DNA of 64,000 nt from an uncultured candidate division Zixibacteria bacterium (GTDB lineage: Bacteria; Zixibacteria; MSB-5A5; RBG-16-43-9). Below, in pieces: positions 10,400-21,675 of the stretch; the stretch's first letter is position 1, and each line of letters starts with the position of its first letter. The stretch covers positions 1,184,001 through 1,248,000 of the forward strand of contig OY970208.1 in NCBI GenBank assembly GCA_963713865.1. Direction: 5' to 3'. The notes under the pieces were generated by a model, which saw only the letters and a program-made list of their open reading frames with translations, was not told the origin of the DNA and did not search any database. Both the position numbers and the translations under genes were made by a program.

Positions 10400-11185
10400 T
10401 CAAGGTAGAAGTTCACCACTGAAAATTGTTACTGCCTGCCCACCCAGATATACTCGATTCCCAGCTACCCGAACCTTTACAATCCCTCCACGAGCTGAAG
10501 CTTGATATGCTATAAATTCACTCTTATTGAGCTTGCGACTCCAATAGGGTCCGAGACAGCAATGCGCCGAGCCAGTTACTGGATCCTCATTAATACCTAC
10601 TGCAGGTGCAAAAAATCTTGAGACGAAATCATATCCTCTGGTAATTGCCGAGCTGGTGACAATGACGCTTCCAATTTCCGGTTTTCCCAGGATTGAAAAA
10701 TCTGGTTTTAAATTTCTGATTGACTCCTCCGATTCCAGTTCTACAAGATACATAAACCCGCATTTTCCAACATGCAGAGGTGTACTCCTTAAGCCCCTCT
10801 CAAGATCAGGTGGAGCTTTTACTGTCTCCTCATACAGGGCTGGGAAATCAAGCTCGATCCATTGGCTCTTTAATTTAGCTTTCAAAAGTCCGCTAAGGGT
10901 ATGAAATTTTGCTTCTTCCTCCGCTTTCAAATATCCTTCGGTGAAAAGAATATGGGCACTGGCTAAAGTAGCATGACCGCAGAGATTAACCTCGAGCTTT
11001 GGAGTAAACCAGCGCAAATTGTATCCCTCAGATTGTCTGAGTAAAAATGCAGTCTCGGATAAATTCATCTCACTGGCTATATTCTGCATCCAGTTTTCGT
11101 CTTTCGGTTCAGGCAATATGCAGACTGCAGCCGGATTTCCTGAAAATGGTTTATCGGTAAAGGCATCCACCTGATAAATTTTCAC
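10400..11185 (-). CDS. PhzF family isomerase/epimerase
   Basis: VDAFTDKPFSGNPAAV, SETAF, LCGHATLA, EDPVTGSAH. Confidence 0.93.
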   Translation of the reverse strand: MKIYQVDAFTDKPFSGNPAAVCILPEPKDENWMQNIASEMNLSETAFLLRQSEGYNLRWFTPKLEVNLCGHATLASAHILFTEGYLKAEEEAKFHTLSGLLKAKLKSQWIELDFPALYEETVKAPPDLERGLRSTPLHVGKCGFMYLVELESEESIRNLKPDFSILGKPEIGSVIVTSSAITRGYDFVSRFFAPAVGINEDPVTGSAHCCLGPYWSRKLNKSEFIAYQASARGGIVKVRVAGNRVYLGGQAVTIFSGELLP

Positions 11186-11265
11186 TTTTTGCTCCTTTAA
11201 GTTGTGTCATGAGCTACTCCTGACATTGTATTATTCTCTGTCAGGTCCGGGACCTGACAGAACTA

Positions 11266-11664
11266 CTAATTCGGCTTGCATTTACAGTGCTCCTTATACA
11301 TACACTTATCCATGACTACGGTTAAACCTGCATCCGAAGCCTTTTTAGCTGATTCCTCATTTACTATCCCTTCCTGCATCCAGATAACCTTTGCCTTGAT
11401 CTTAATTGCCTGCTCTACTACTGGAGGCACATCCTCTGATCTTCTGAAAATATCCACGATATCTATTTTATCCGGAATGGAGATTAAATCCGGATAAGAT
11501 TTCTCACCTAAAATCTCTTTTTCATTCGGATTCACCGGGATAATTTTATAACCCTGGGATTGCAGATATCTTGCTACTGAATAGCTGGGCCGGGTAGGGT
11601 TGGAGGAAAGTCCTACTATAGCTATAGTTTTGTTATCATTAAAGATTTTCTCCATTATATTCAT
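11266..11664 (-). CDS. CoA-binding protein (YccU-like)
   Basis: IAIVGLSSNPTRPS, IIPVNP, VDIFR, WMQEG; ATGA overlap with the Lon-like stop. Confidence 0.9.
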   Translation of the reverse strand: MNIMEKIFNDNKTIAIVGLSSNPTRPSYSVARYLQSQGYKIIPVNPNEKEILGEKSYPDLISIPDKIDIVDIFRRSEDVPPVVEQAIKIKAKVIWMQEGIVNEESAKKASDAGLTVVMDKCMYKEHCKCKPN

Positions 11665-13385
11665 TTACCCTCCGTTTTATTCTTCCGTTTCCTTCTTTTT
11701 TTCGCTTTGTCAATTTTTTTCATTTCTTTTTCTATTACCTGTAAAATTCTTTTCTGCTCCTCAAAACCGATCAGCGCCTTTTCAAACACCTCCTCCATCT
11801 TTTCCACCCAGATTATTTCAAGGTCGTTTATCAATTCTTCTGGTAAATCCGGAAGATTTCTACGATTGGCTTTTGGCAGGATAATCTTTTTTATACCTAC
11901 CCTCCTTGCTGCAGAGAGCTTCTCCTTGATTCCGCCGACCGGCAGGATGTTCCCCCTCAAGGATACCTCTCCGGTCATAGCTAAATCGTTTCTTATCGGC
12001 TTTTCACTCATCACCGAGGCAATTACCAGGGTAATGGTTAATCCGGCTGAAGGACCATCTTTGGGAATTGCCTCTGAGGGAAAATGGAGATGAATATCGT
12101 AATTGGTAAAATCTTTATAATTTATACCCAAATGTGGTGCCTGTGAGCGGACGTAACTATGAGCGGTTTGGATGGTTTCACGAATGATCCCACCTAACTG
12201 ACCGGTAGAGAAGATCTGACCGCTTCCTTTCATCTTTAAACCCTCGATCAACATAATATCACCACCGGAAGCAGTCCAGGCTAAGCCGCAGGCAACCCCT
12301 ACCTCAGGTTTTTTCTCTACTATTTCCGGGATGTAGACCGGGGTGCCCAGATAGTCTGTTAAGTTCTCTTCGGTTATTCTCCAGAAATCCCCGCTTCCTG
12401 AAGCTCTCATCCATGCTATTTTGCGGCAGATGATCTCGATCCCCTTTTGCAGATTTCTCAATCCCTCTTCGATGGCATACTCCCGGATGATCTTTTTTAT
12501 AGCTTCATCTGTAATCTGAAGCTCTTTCTCTGAGAGCCCGTGTCTTTCAAGCTGAGAAGGGAGCAGGTATTTTCTGGCAATCTGCAGCTTTTCCTCCTCA
12601 ATAAATCCGGTAAATTCAATCATCTCAAAGTAATCCAGAAACGCATCCGGGATCTCCTCCGGGTTTTTAGCCGTGGCTACGAATAAGACCTGTGAAAGAT
12701 CAAAGGTAAGACCTAAATAGTTATCTGTAAAACTGGAATTATGCTCTGGATCCAAAACCTCAAGCAGGGCAGAGATAACTTCCCCTTTTGGAGCTCCATT
12801 CCCTAAATTATCAACCTCTTCCAGCAGAAATAAGGGATTGTTACAGGCCGCATCTTTAAGAAGTCTCAGGATAGCACCAGGATAGCCGCTGGGGATACCA
12901 AACCTTTCTCCTTTGATCTCCTGGCTGGTGGAAAATCCAGCCAGGCTTAAGCGTACAAATTTTCGGTTTAAAGCTATAGCTATGGACTGTGCCAAGGATG
13001 TCTTCCCAGTGCCGGCTGGACCAACAAAACATAAGATCGATCCTTTGATATCTCTTCTCAGCTGGCGGATGGAGAAATATTCACAGATTTGCTCCTTCAT
13101 CTTTTTCTGCCCGAAATATTCCTGGTCTAAAACTCTCTTCAATTTCTCCACATCTATCTCCTCGGCACAGCTTTGGGTCCAGGGCAAAGAGATCAGGTAG
13201 TCGATATATTCCCGAATCATCTCGTATTCGCTGGAGGCGGGAGAAATGAATTTTAATCGCTTTGCTTCTAATAAGGCTTTTCTCTCCACGGGCAAAGGCA
13301 GACCTGCATCTTGAATCTTCCCATTCAGATTCCCTATCTCCTTTTTCTGCATATCCTCTATACGGTTTGTTTCTGGCTCCTCCAT
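11661..13385 (-). CDS. Lon (S16) protease lacking the N-terminal domain, with a degenerate AAA+ module
   Basis: Walker A GPAGTGKT; catalytic PKDGPSAG and GGIKEK; only about 25 aa precede the pre-AAA helices. Confidence 0.85.
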   Translation of the reverse strand: MEEPETNRIEDMQKKEIGNLNGKIQDAGLPLPVERKALLEAKRLKFISPASSEYEMIREYIDYLISLPWTQSCAEEIDVEKLKRVLDQEYFGQKKMKEQICEYFSIRQLRRDIKGSILCFVGPAGTGKTSLAQSIAIALNRKFVRLSLAGFSTSQEIKGERFGIPSGYPGAILRLLKDAACNNPLFLLEEVDNLGNGAPKGEVISALLEVLDPEHNSSFTDNYLGLTFDLSQVLFVATAKNPEEIPDAFLDYFEMIEFTGFIEEEKLQIARKYLLPSQLERHGLSEKELQITDEAIKKIIREYAIEEGLRNLQKGIEIICRKIAWMRASGSGDFWRITEENLTDYLGTPVYIPEIVEKKPEVGVACGLAWTASGGDIMLIEGLKMKGSGQIFSTGQLGGIIRETIQTAHSYVRSQAPHLGINYKDFTNYDIHLHFPSEAIPKDGPSAGLTITLVIASVMSEKPIRNDLAMTGEVSLRGNILPVGGIKEKLSAARRVGIKKIILPKANRRNLPDLPEELINDLEIIWVEKMEEVFEKALIGFEEQKRILQVIEKEMKKIDKAKKRRKRKNKTEGK

Positions 13386-13453
13386 TTTTTCCCTCTATCT
13401 TTGGGGTGAAGTCGGATGTTGTTTTTCTCAGTTTAAACCAACCCTCTGAGGTG

Positions 13454-13482
13454 AATATATTTTAACCTTAAATCCCTGTCAA
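13454..13482 (-). promoter_or_regulatory. Sigma70-type promoter for the Lon-like gene
   Basis: TTGACA-N17-TATATT on the minus strand. Confidence 0.6.
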
Positions 13483-13681
13483 GAGGATTAGATTATAAAA
13501 ATAAAAGTGGTGAGTGAAATAAAAATTATATCCCCCTCTTCTTAGTCACCTCCCACAAGCCGATAGAAGCTTTACGGCTCGTAGAGGGAAGAGGAATATT
13601 TACATCACCCTGTCTCTCTCCTTCGAGAAGAGGAGATTAACATTACTGTTCAGACAGTTGCTACTGACGTGACTACCCGAG

Positions 13682-13718
13682 AAAAAAGCTGGGATAGGAG
13701 TGTAACCCCTATCCCAGC
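13682..13718 (-). terminator. Rho-independent terminator after the cyclophilin gene
   Basis: GCTGGGATAGG-loop-CCTATCCCAGC followed by a T-run on the minus strand. Confidence 0.8.
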
Positions 13719-13758
13719 AAAATCTGCTTTCCTCTTGCAAAAGCTGTTCAATGGTGCT

Positions 13759-14442
13759 TTATTTACCCTTCTCCTTATTTTCTGTCTTCTTCTCAGATTC
13801 ACTCCTCTCATACACTTTTTTCATCACCACTTTTTCCAGGGGATATGATCCTGAATCGGTCTTAACCTGGGCGATCTTATCCACTGCCTCCATCCCTTTA
13901 ATCACTTTACCAAAGATTACATAGTTACCATCCAAACTGGGAAGGTCTTTTAGACAGATGTAAAACTGGCTTCCGGCAGAGTTCGGATCCTGCGAACGAG
14001 CCATACCTAAAGACCCTCTGAGATGCTTGGTCTTTGCCTGTTCAAAAGGTATGGAATAACCTGGACCACCTCTACCAGTTCCCTCTGGATCTCCTCCCTG
14101 GATGACGAAATTGGGAACTATGCGATGAAAAGTTAAACCATTGTAAAAGCCCTTATTTACAAGTTTCAGCATATTCCCTGCAGTTATTGGTGTTTCCTTC
14201 CAGAACAATTCAAGCTCTATGTTCCCGAAATCGGTCTCTATGACCACGATCGGGTTTTTATCCCGGACTAACTTCTCTGTAGTATCAGCCTTAACCTTAG
14301 CTTTTCCTGTATCTGCCATAACCTCGTTTTCTCCCATTCCGGTTTGTGAGTTTTCCTTCTTGGCGGATCCGTTCTCAGATTTACATCCAGCCATAAAAAA
14401 CATTAAAATAAAAATCAACGCAAAACATGCTATCTTCTTCAT
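13759..14442 (-). CDS. Cyclophilin-type peptidyl-prolyl isomerase, lipoprotein
   Basis: MAGC lipobox; FHRIVPNFVIQGGDP, MARSQDPNSAGSQFYI. Confidence 0.93.
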   Translation of the reverse strand: MKKIACFALIFILMFFMAGCKSENGSAKKENSQTGMGENEVMADTGKAKVKADTTEKLVRDKNPIVVIETDFGNIELELFWKETPITAGNMLKLVNKGFYNGLTFHRIVPNFVIQGGDPEGTGRGGPGYSIPFEQAKTKHLRGSLGMARSQDPNSAGSQFYICLKDLPSLDGNYVIFGKVIKGMEAVDKIAQVKTDSGSYPLEKVVMKKVYERSESEKKTENKEKGK

Positions 14443-14785
14443 CTTTACTCCTTAAAAAGTTTTTGGGTTATCTTTCTTCCACCTTCTTTTTCAGTTCACC
14501 TCCTTTAAAGCATAATATTTTTTCATCTTCGCATTATAAAGAAATATAAAAGCAAACTGGCTTTATGTCAAGAAGTTTAGAGTTGAACAGGAACTAAACT
14601 TAGTGCAGATTTTTTTGTCAGGGGATAAGGGTACTATAGAACTTGTTTTACAGGGCTGGTCCATCCCTGGCGGATGCCTGCGATCACAGATGGTATTGGG
14701 TCTTCGTAGCTCGGGCACCCTGCCCGACTATTTAAAACTGCGTCAGGAATTTTTAAAGAGAGTAAGGGTTCAAAATTTTGAACTC

Positions 14786-15319
14786 CTACTTCTCCGTTAT
14801 CTTTATCCTGGTTAGTTTCCCTCTTTTTTCTTTAACCCTCTCTATTCCCTTATAAGCGGCTTTATTATCCGGGTTAAGTGAATAAGCTAATTGATATTGC
14901 ACCTCAGATTTATCTAATTCTCCGGTCATTTCAAAGGAATAAGCCAATGAGAACCTGACCTTAGAAATAAATAGCTTGTCTCCATTTTCTACCTCCATAC
15001 AAAGTTCAAACTCGGAGATAGACTCTTTATAGTGGTCTAATTTCTGGTAGCAGAGACCTAAATAATAACGCGCTTCAAAGTTCCGGGGGTCAGCTATCAC
15101 GGCCTTCTTAAATTCCTGAAGCGCGTTGGCATATTTACCCTGGTGATAAAATTTTTTCCCATTAGCCAGATGATTTTGAGAAGCGACTTCTTGGCCATAA
15201 TTTCTGGTAGGTGGAGGAAGTGAAACTGGACTTGGCCTTTCTATTACTATCATCCTCTCGGCGCAGTTCAAGGAGAACAATAAAAGCAAAATTGAAAAAA
15301 GATTGAATATTCTTAACAT
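14786..15319 (-). CDS. TPR lipoprotein
   Basis: Signal peptide ending SLNC; TPR pattern ARYYLGLCYQKL. Confidence 0.8.
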   Translation of the reverse strand: MLRIFNLFSILLLLFSLNCAERMIVIERPSPVSLPPPTRNYGQEVASQNHLANGKKFYHQGKYANALQEFKKAVIADPRNFEARYYLGLCYQKLDHYKESISEFELCMEVENGDKLFISKVRFSLAYSFEMTGELDKSEVQYQLAYSLNPDNKAAYKGIERVKEKRGKLTRIKITEK

Positions 15320-15369
15320 ATCCCTCCTTTCGGTCTTTATAATTATATCGGAAATAAGAGGATTTACTT

Positions 15370-16549
15370 TTAAGCTTTTTTTCCTGACGGATCCATTTCT
15401 GACAAAACCCAGATTAGTTTTTCTATATCCTCAAGTGAATTGTAGAAATGAGGAGATACTCGTATTGAGTTCTCCCTGAAGGAGGTCAGTATTTTTTTCT
15501 GTGAAAGAGCTCGGTGCAGTTTTGGACAATTTTTACCAGAAAAAGAAAGTATACCTGATCGGTACAGGGGCTCAAGTGAGCTTTTGATCTGGTAAGGGGT
15601 ATTTTTTAGATAATCTATTAGAAGGTCTAAAAGTTTTATGACCTGATTCTCGATAGCTTTAGTTCCAATTTCGGATATAAGCTCTAAAGAGGAACACATC
15701 GTCCATAGATTTGAAAAAGGGTAAGTCCCTATCTCAAACCTTCGACTGGAGGAGAAGCGGGGAAGGTCATATTTCAAAAGATCAGAGAAATTCAATTTCC
15801 AGTCAACACTCATCCAGCCGAAAAAAGCAGGATCGATTTTCATCTTAGCATTATCTGAAAGATAGAAAAAGCCTGTGCCCAGAGAGGAGAGCAGCCACTT
15901 CTGACCTCCACAGGCTAAGAAATCTATTTTACATTTTTTAACATCTAAATCCAGAACAGCCTACTCCCTGGATTCCATCTACAACAAAGAAAATATTTTT
16001 TTCCTCACAGATTTTTCCAATAGTCTCCAAGTTATTTTTAAAACCATTGAAAAACTGAACATAGGTTATCGATAAGACTTTGCACTTTGAATCGATAGCT
16101 TTAAGGAGATCATCTATGCAAAAAAAACCGTTCTGGCTTTTAATAAATTTTATCTTCACGCCCTTCTTTTTCAGATTCAGCCAAGGATAAACATTTGCCG
16201 GAAACTCCACATCTGAAAGCAAAACCTTATCCCCATATTTAAAGTCCAGTCCATTTGCCACGATATTTAAACCATAAGAAGTGTTGGGCACCAATCCAAT
16301 TTCTTTCGGTTTTGCGTTTACCATTTTAGCCAGATATATTCTGATCTGGTCCATCATCTCAAAAGTCAACTTATCCATATCCACAACTTTTTTAAGGGTC
16401 AAAGCATCATAATATTCCATTGTTTTTTTCAAAGCTCTTAAAGGAATGGGACCAAATGAGGCGTGATTAAGAAAATTAACTTTTTGGGTGAAGGGGAATT
16501 CCCTTCTGTATCTTGCTAACTCTTTTGATTTGGTCTTTCTTAGAGCCAT
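15370..16549 (-). CDS. Class V PLP aminotransferase/cysteine desulfurase-like protein; frameshifted (+1) at about 15954
   Basis: FLNHASFGP...VDGIQGVG; removing one base in CCAGAAC (15951-15957) gives GVGCLDLDVKKCKIDFLACGGQKW and a 392-aa ORF ending RVSPHFYN. Confidence 0.85.
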
Positions 16550-17527
16550 TTATTCTCCTTATACCATTTTATAGTTTCTAAAGCACCCTTTTCTAAATCA
16601 TACTCCGGCGAAAATCCTAATTCATTTTTTGCTTTTGAAATGTCGCAGAGCCAGTACCTCTGGCTTAGCTCATTTGCTTTCTGAAGATTTACCAGAGCAG
16701 ATTCCCCTTTCAGGTGAGAGACCATTTCGGAGAAAGAGGCAAATGTGAACAAAAAGAATTTAGGGATTCTTAATTTAAAAGCTCTTATACCTAAGGATTT
16801 CTGGATGATCTTTCCAGCTTCTGTCCAGGAATAAACCTTTTCATCTGCTATAAAGTAGATCTGTCCGGAACTCTTTTGGTTTTCTGCGGTTAAAATTATC
16901 CCCCGGGTTAAATCTTTAACATATATCAGGGAAATATAACTTTCTTTGAATCCAAAGAGAGGAATTATCCTTTTGTTCACCGTCTGGAAAAAAAATAAAA
17001 TATCTTTATCTCTTGGACCATAAACCGCAGGTGGTCGAACTATAGTAACCGGAAACTTCTCCTTAAAACTCAATACCTCTTTTTCTCCCTGAAGCTTACT
17101 TCTGCCATAATCGGTGATCGGCTCGCATTTTGCATCTTCATTTAAAGGGTAAAAATCTTTGCAGGGACCAACTGCGGCTTGACTGCTGACATAAACAAAC
17201 TTCTTAATATGAGAATTGATCTCCAGAACAGGTTTGAATCAGGTTTTTAGTTCCCTGGGCATTTGCTTTAAAATAATCCTCTTTATTTTTCGCTCGGGTT
17301 AAACCAGCCAGATGGAAAACGAAATCTACCCCTTCTAAAGCTTTTCTTAAGGACTCAACCTCTGTTATATCTCCGTATCTATATTCAGTTTCCAGTCCTG
17401 AAAGAAAACTTAAGTTGCTCGTTTTCCTGACCAGGCAGAAAACCTCATAACGCTTGTTTAACAGAGCTTCAACTAAATGGCTCCCCACAAATCCATTTGC
17501 ACCGGTAACTAAGGCTTTAGGGCTCAA
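16540..17527 (-). CDS. NAD-dependent epimerase/dehydratase (extended SDR); frameshifted (+1) at about 17226
   Basis: VTGANGFVG; removing one base in CCAGAAC (17223-17229) restores TCLEINSHIKKFVYVSSQAA...YGRSK; 328 aa. Confidence 0.85.
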
Positions 17528-17808
17528 GTTTTCCTTTTCCTAATTACTGTACGGTAAAGCTTTAGCTTTACTTTCAAAGAATTTTGGGTAAACCTAAAGG
17601 CTTACACCGCAAAATATCTTTCAGAACATTGAGACGTAGGCAGTGCTTCTCTACTTATTTAAAATTTTCTCTTGACATTCTTTTTAAAAAAACTTAAATA
17701 AATCCTGATTTGTGAAGATATTAAACTTAAAACAGCTTTGCAAGTTAAAACTGAAGACTAAATTTTAAAAAGCCGGTAAATGCATTTCGGCTCGTAGAGA
17801 GGTAAAAG

Positions 17809-18990
17809 TTGGATCTGTTCGAAAAGTGCAAAAGGTTTACCGAGGCAAAAAAGGTAATGGCAACTGGCTATTACCCTTTTTTCATCCCCATATCCTCCGG
17901 ACAGGATACCCAGGTAACGGTGCGGGGGAAAGAGATGATAATGATAGGCTCCAATAACTACCTGGGCTTGACCTCTCACCCTGAGGTTAAACAGGCGGCT
18001 ATAGATGCCATCAAAATCTACGGCTCCGGCTGTACCGGCTCTCGCTTCTTAAACGGAACCTTAGATATTCACGAGGATCTGGAAAGAAAGTTAGCCCAGT
18101 TTATGAACAAAGAATCTGCCCTTGTTTTCTCTACCGGATTCCAAACCAACCTGGGCACTATCTCTGCCTTAGTCAACAAAGGGGAATATATCATAACCGA
18201 CAGGTCTGACCATGCCAGCATAGTGGATGGATGCCGGCTTTCCTTTGGCAAGGTTTTGAAGTTCAGACACAATAACATGTCAGATTTAAAAAGGGTCCTT
18301 TCCACCTGTCCTAAACATTCCGGAAAACTTATCGTGATAGATGGAGTCTTCAGTATGGAGGGGGATATAGCCAAACTGCCGGATATAGTGGAACTGGCCA
18401 GGAAATACCACATGCGGGTTATGGTGGATGATGCCCATTCCATCGGGGTACTGGGTAAAAATGGCAGAGGTACGGCTGAGCATTTTAAATTAGAAGATGA
18501 AGTGGATATCATAATGGGGACATTCTCCAAATCTTTTGCCTCCATCGGAGGATTTATTGCGGCCAAAGAAGAGGTTATCCATTATATAAAACATTTCTCT
18601 AGGGCATTGATTTTCTCAGCCAGTCCACCACCGGCTGCAGTTGCCACAGTTTCCAAAGCTTTAGACATAATCATTGCAGAGCCAGAGAGAAGAGAAAGAC
18701 TCTGGCAAATAGCCCGCAAGATGCACGAGGGTTACAGAGCATTAGGATTTGATATCGGAGATACCGAAACTCCGATAATCCCGATACTAATCGGTGAAAA
18801 TATGAAGACCTTCAAGTTCTGGAAGCTGCTTTTCGATGAGGGGATCTTCGCCAATACCGCCATCAGCCCCGCAGTCCCACCCGGCACCGCCCGCATCCGC
18901 ACCAGCTACACCGCCACCCATACCGATGATCAGATGAATAGAGTCTTAGAAGTTTTTGAAAAAGTGGGGAAAAAGATGGGGGTAATATAA
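17809..18990 (+). CDS. Alpha-oxoamine synthase family enzyme (serine palmitoyltransferase/AONS-like)
   Basis: GSNNYLGL, GSRFLNGT, DGVFSMEGD, DDAHSIG, GTFSKS. Confidence 0.88.
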   Translation: MDLFEKCKRFTEAKKVMATGYYPFFIPISSGQDTQVTVRGKEMIMIGSNNYLGLTSHPEVKQAAIDAIKIYGSGCTGSRFLNGTLDIHEDLERKLAQFMNKESALVFSTGFQTNLGTISALVNKGEYIITDRSDHASIVDGCRLSFGKVLKFRHNNMSDLKRVLSTCPKHSGKLIVIDGVFSMEGDIAKLPDIVELARKYHMRVMVDDAHSIGVLGKNGRGTAEHFKLEDEVDIIMGTFSKSFASIGGFIAAKEEVIHYIKHFSRALIFSASPPPAAVATVSKALDIIIAEPERRERLWQIARKMHEGYRALGFDIGDTETPIIPILIGENMKTFKFWKLLFDEGIFANTAISPAVPPGTARIRTSYTATHTDDQMNRVLEVFEKVGKKMGVI

Positions 18991-19198
18991 AGAAAGTTTA
19001 AAGGTTCAAAAGTTCAAGGGAAAAAGAATGATATGGAATGCATCCCGCCATAGGCGAGGCTCGCTAAAGGCGGCATCCGTGATGATGCTTTGGTTCGGGA
19101 ATTGGAATTCCCGAACCAACTTTAAAAAATATTTTGAGTGCATCCCGCCTTTGGCAGGATGCAGGCATTAACACGGTTAATGCACTCCAAATAAATAT

Positions 19199-20287
19199 AT
19201 GCCTAAACTTATAAAAAAACGCTCTGAAAAAGCCGGGCTTCCGCCGGGGAGTCTGGTACACATCGGGGAGAAGAGGGTCGAGGAAGTAAAAATAACCATA
19301 ATCGATTACGATGAAACCCATTTTCAGGAAAAAGAGGTAAAAGCGATTGACGAATGCTTCATCTTTAAGGATAAGCTTACTGTTACCTGGATAAATGTGG
19401 AGGGGATACATCAAGTCGATATCTTAGAGAGATTAGGCGAGTGCTATGGATTCCATCCCCTTATCTTAGAAGATATCTTGAACACGGACCAGCGCCCGAA
19501 AATGGAGAATTTCGGTGAGTATCTCTATATCGTCCTGAAAATGCTTTACCCGAATAACAAAAATACTCCTGCGGATCCAAAAGCAGAAGAAATAGTAACC
19601 GAGCAGATAAGTTTGATCCTGGGCACTAATTTTGTCATCTCTTTCCAGGAAGGGATGAAAGGAGATGTGTTCGAGCCGGTTAGGGAGCGGCTCAGGAGCT
19701 CCAAAGGGCTGATAAGGAAAATGAGAGCAGATTATTTAGCTTATTCCCTGATGGATGCCATCGTGGACAACTATTTTATAATTCTGGAAAAGCTCGGAGA
19801 TAAAATAGAGTTCCTGGAGGAGAAATTAATCGCCAGTCCAGGCTCAGAGACTCTAAAGACAATTCATGACTTAAAAAGGGAGATGATCTTCTTGCGTAAA
19901 TCGGTATGGCCATTAAGGGAGGTGCTGGGCGCTTTGGAAAGAGGTGATTCCTCTCTGGTCCAGGATTCAACCCGCATCTACGTAAGAGATATTTACGACC
20001 ATACCATTCAGGTCATAGATACAATAGAGACTTTCCGGGATATGCTTTCCGGGATGCTGGATATATATCTTTCCAGTGTGAGCAATAGATTGAATGCGGT
20101 GATGAAGGTATTGACTATAATCGCTACAATATTTATGCCGCTCACCTTTCTGGCTGGAATCTACGGGATGAATTTTAAATTTATGCCAGAACTTGAGTGG
20201 CGCTGGGGTTATCTTTTAATCTGGATGGTTATGCTTGGCATCGGGGTTTTTATGCTTTTTTATTTTAAGAAAAAGAAGTGGTTATGA
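19199..20287 (+). CDS. corA: Magnesium/cobalt transporter CorA
   Basis: GLPPGSLVHIG N-terminus; YGMNF..MPEL signature between two TM helices. Confidence 0.95.
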   Translation: MPKLIKKRSEKAGLPPGSLVHIGEKRVEEVKITIIDYDETHFQEKEVKAIDECFIFKDKLTVTWINVEGIHQVDILERLGECYGFHPLILEDILNTDQRPKMENFGEYLYIVLKMLYPNNKNTPADPKAEEIVTEQISLILGTNFVISFQEGMKGDVFEPVRERLRSSKGLIRKMRADYLAYSLMDAIVDNYFIILEKLGDKIEFLEEKLIASPGSETLKTIHDLKREMIFLRKSVWPLREVLGALERGDSSLVQDSTRIYVRDIYDHTIQVIDTIETFRDMLSGMLDIYLSSVSNRLNAVMKVLTIIATIFMPLTFLAGIYGMNFKFMPELEWRWGYLLIWMVMLGIGVFMLFYFKKKKWL

Positions 20288-20646
20288 AAAATATGGAGTG
20301 CATCATCCGTGATAAGGCACTTTAGTTCCTCTCCCCTGGTGGGAGAGGATTAAGGAGAGGGGAAAGATAAGGATAATCGGTAAACCCATGTTGTTCTCAA
20401 CATGAGTTACACTCCTGCTCTTACGGATCCGTTTATAAGATTTGAGGGAAAGGCGGGAATAGGTAGCTTATAAGTCTATGAAGCGTATCCATTGGATACG
20501 TACGCTGATTCATTCGATATACTCGCAAATCCCTCTTTTAGACTCTGAGAGAAGAGATTTACAAAAACTCTAATGAATTAACCAATATGGGTAGAAAGTA
20601 TCCAGGGGTGTAAGATAAATCATCAATTCATTTTAAAACAATCTGG

Positions 20647-21675
20647 ATGAAAATGACTAAGACGAAAATAATCTGTACCTTGGGACCCTCGAGCGGAAAT
20701 GTCAAGGTGCTGAAAAAGATGATGTTAGCCGGGATGGAGGTAGCAAGGCTTAATTTTTCTCATGGGAACTCTGCGGAACATCAAAACCGAATAAATCTAA
20801 TAAAAGGTTTGAATAGTAAATATAAACGCAATATAAAGATATTGCAGGACTTAGAAGGCTACCGGATAAGAATCGGCAGGTTCAAGGATAAAAAAGAAAT
20901 TGAATTAAAAAAAAGACAGATTGTTCTGTTAACTAATAAAGATCAAGCAGGAGATAAAGAGATTATACCATTCGATTACCAGGGTGAATTAAGCGATATC
21001 AAAATTGATAGTTTCATCTATATAGACGATGGATATATCGCTCTAAAAGTAAAATCCAGGTCCAGGAATTATATCCAAGCAGAGGTAGTTATTCCGGGGG
21101 TCTTAAAGGAAAACAAGGGGGTTAATATTCCAGGAGCCAATTTGAGATTTAAAGATTTAACCGAAAAAGATAGAACGGATTTAAGATTTGGTATAAAAAA
21201 TAAAGTGGATTTTATTGCCCAGTCGTTTGTAAGAAACAAACAGGATATTAAAAACATCAGAGATTTCATCCGGGGCAACGATTTTAACTGCCGGATTATT
21301 GCCAAGATCGAAAACCAGGACGGGATCAGGAATATCGACAAGATATTGGAAGTGTCTGACGGTATCATGGTCGCGCGGGGAGATATGGGAGTCTCTTTGC
21401 CCATATATGAGGTTCCAATATGGCAGAAGATTATAATAGAAAAATGTAACCTTGAAAATAAATTTGTCATCACCGCTACCCAGATGCTGGAAAGTATGAC
21501 CGAACATATAAGGCCAACGCGGGCAGAGGTAAGCGATGTGGCTAATGCGATAATGGATGGATCTGATTATTTGATGCTTTCGGCTGAGACGGCAGTTGGA
21601 AAACTTCCGGTTGAGGCAGTGAAGATGATGCACCAGATTATCAAATATACTGAAAAGTTCCTGAAGAAGGATTGA
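20647..21675 (+). CDS. pyk: Pyruvate kinase, short form without the C-terminal domain
   Basis: [48 protein letters not shown]; 342 aa. Confidence 0.9.
   Translation: MKMTKTKIICTLGPSSGNVKVLKKMMLAGMEVARLNFSHGNSAEHQNRINLIKGLNSKYKRNIKILQDLEGYRIRIGRFKDKKEIELKKRQIVLLTNKDQAGDKEIIPFDYQGELSDIKIDSFIYIDDGYIALKVKSRSRNYIQAEVVIPGVLKENKGVNIPGANLRFKDLTEKDRTDLRFGIKNKVDFIAQSFVRNKQDIKNIRDFIRGNDFNCRIIAKIENQDGIRNIDKILEVSDGIMVARGDMGVSLPIYEVPIWQKIIIEKCNLENKFVITATQMLESMTEHIRPTRAEVSDVANAIMDGSDYLMLSAETAVGKLPVEAVKMMHQIIKYTEKFLKKD

Noticed and set aside
10146-10505. 119-aa plus-strand ORF
   Set aside because: Built from REP-like palindromes and the antisense of the PhzF gene end.
14603-14815. 70-aa plus-strand ORF
   Set aside because: Runs through a REP palindrome and antisense into the TPR gene; no recognisable features.
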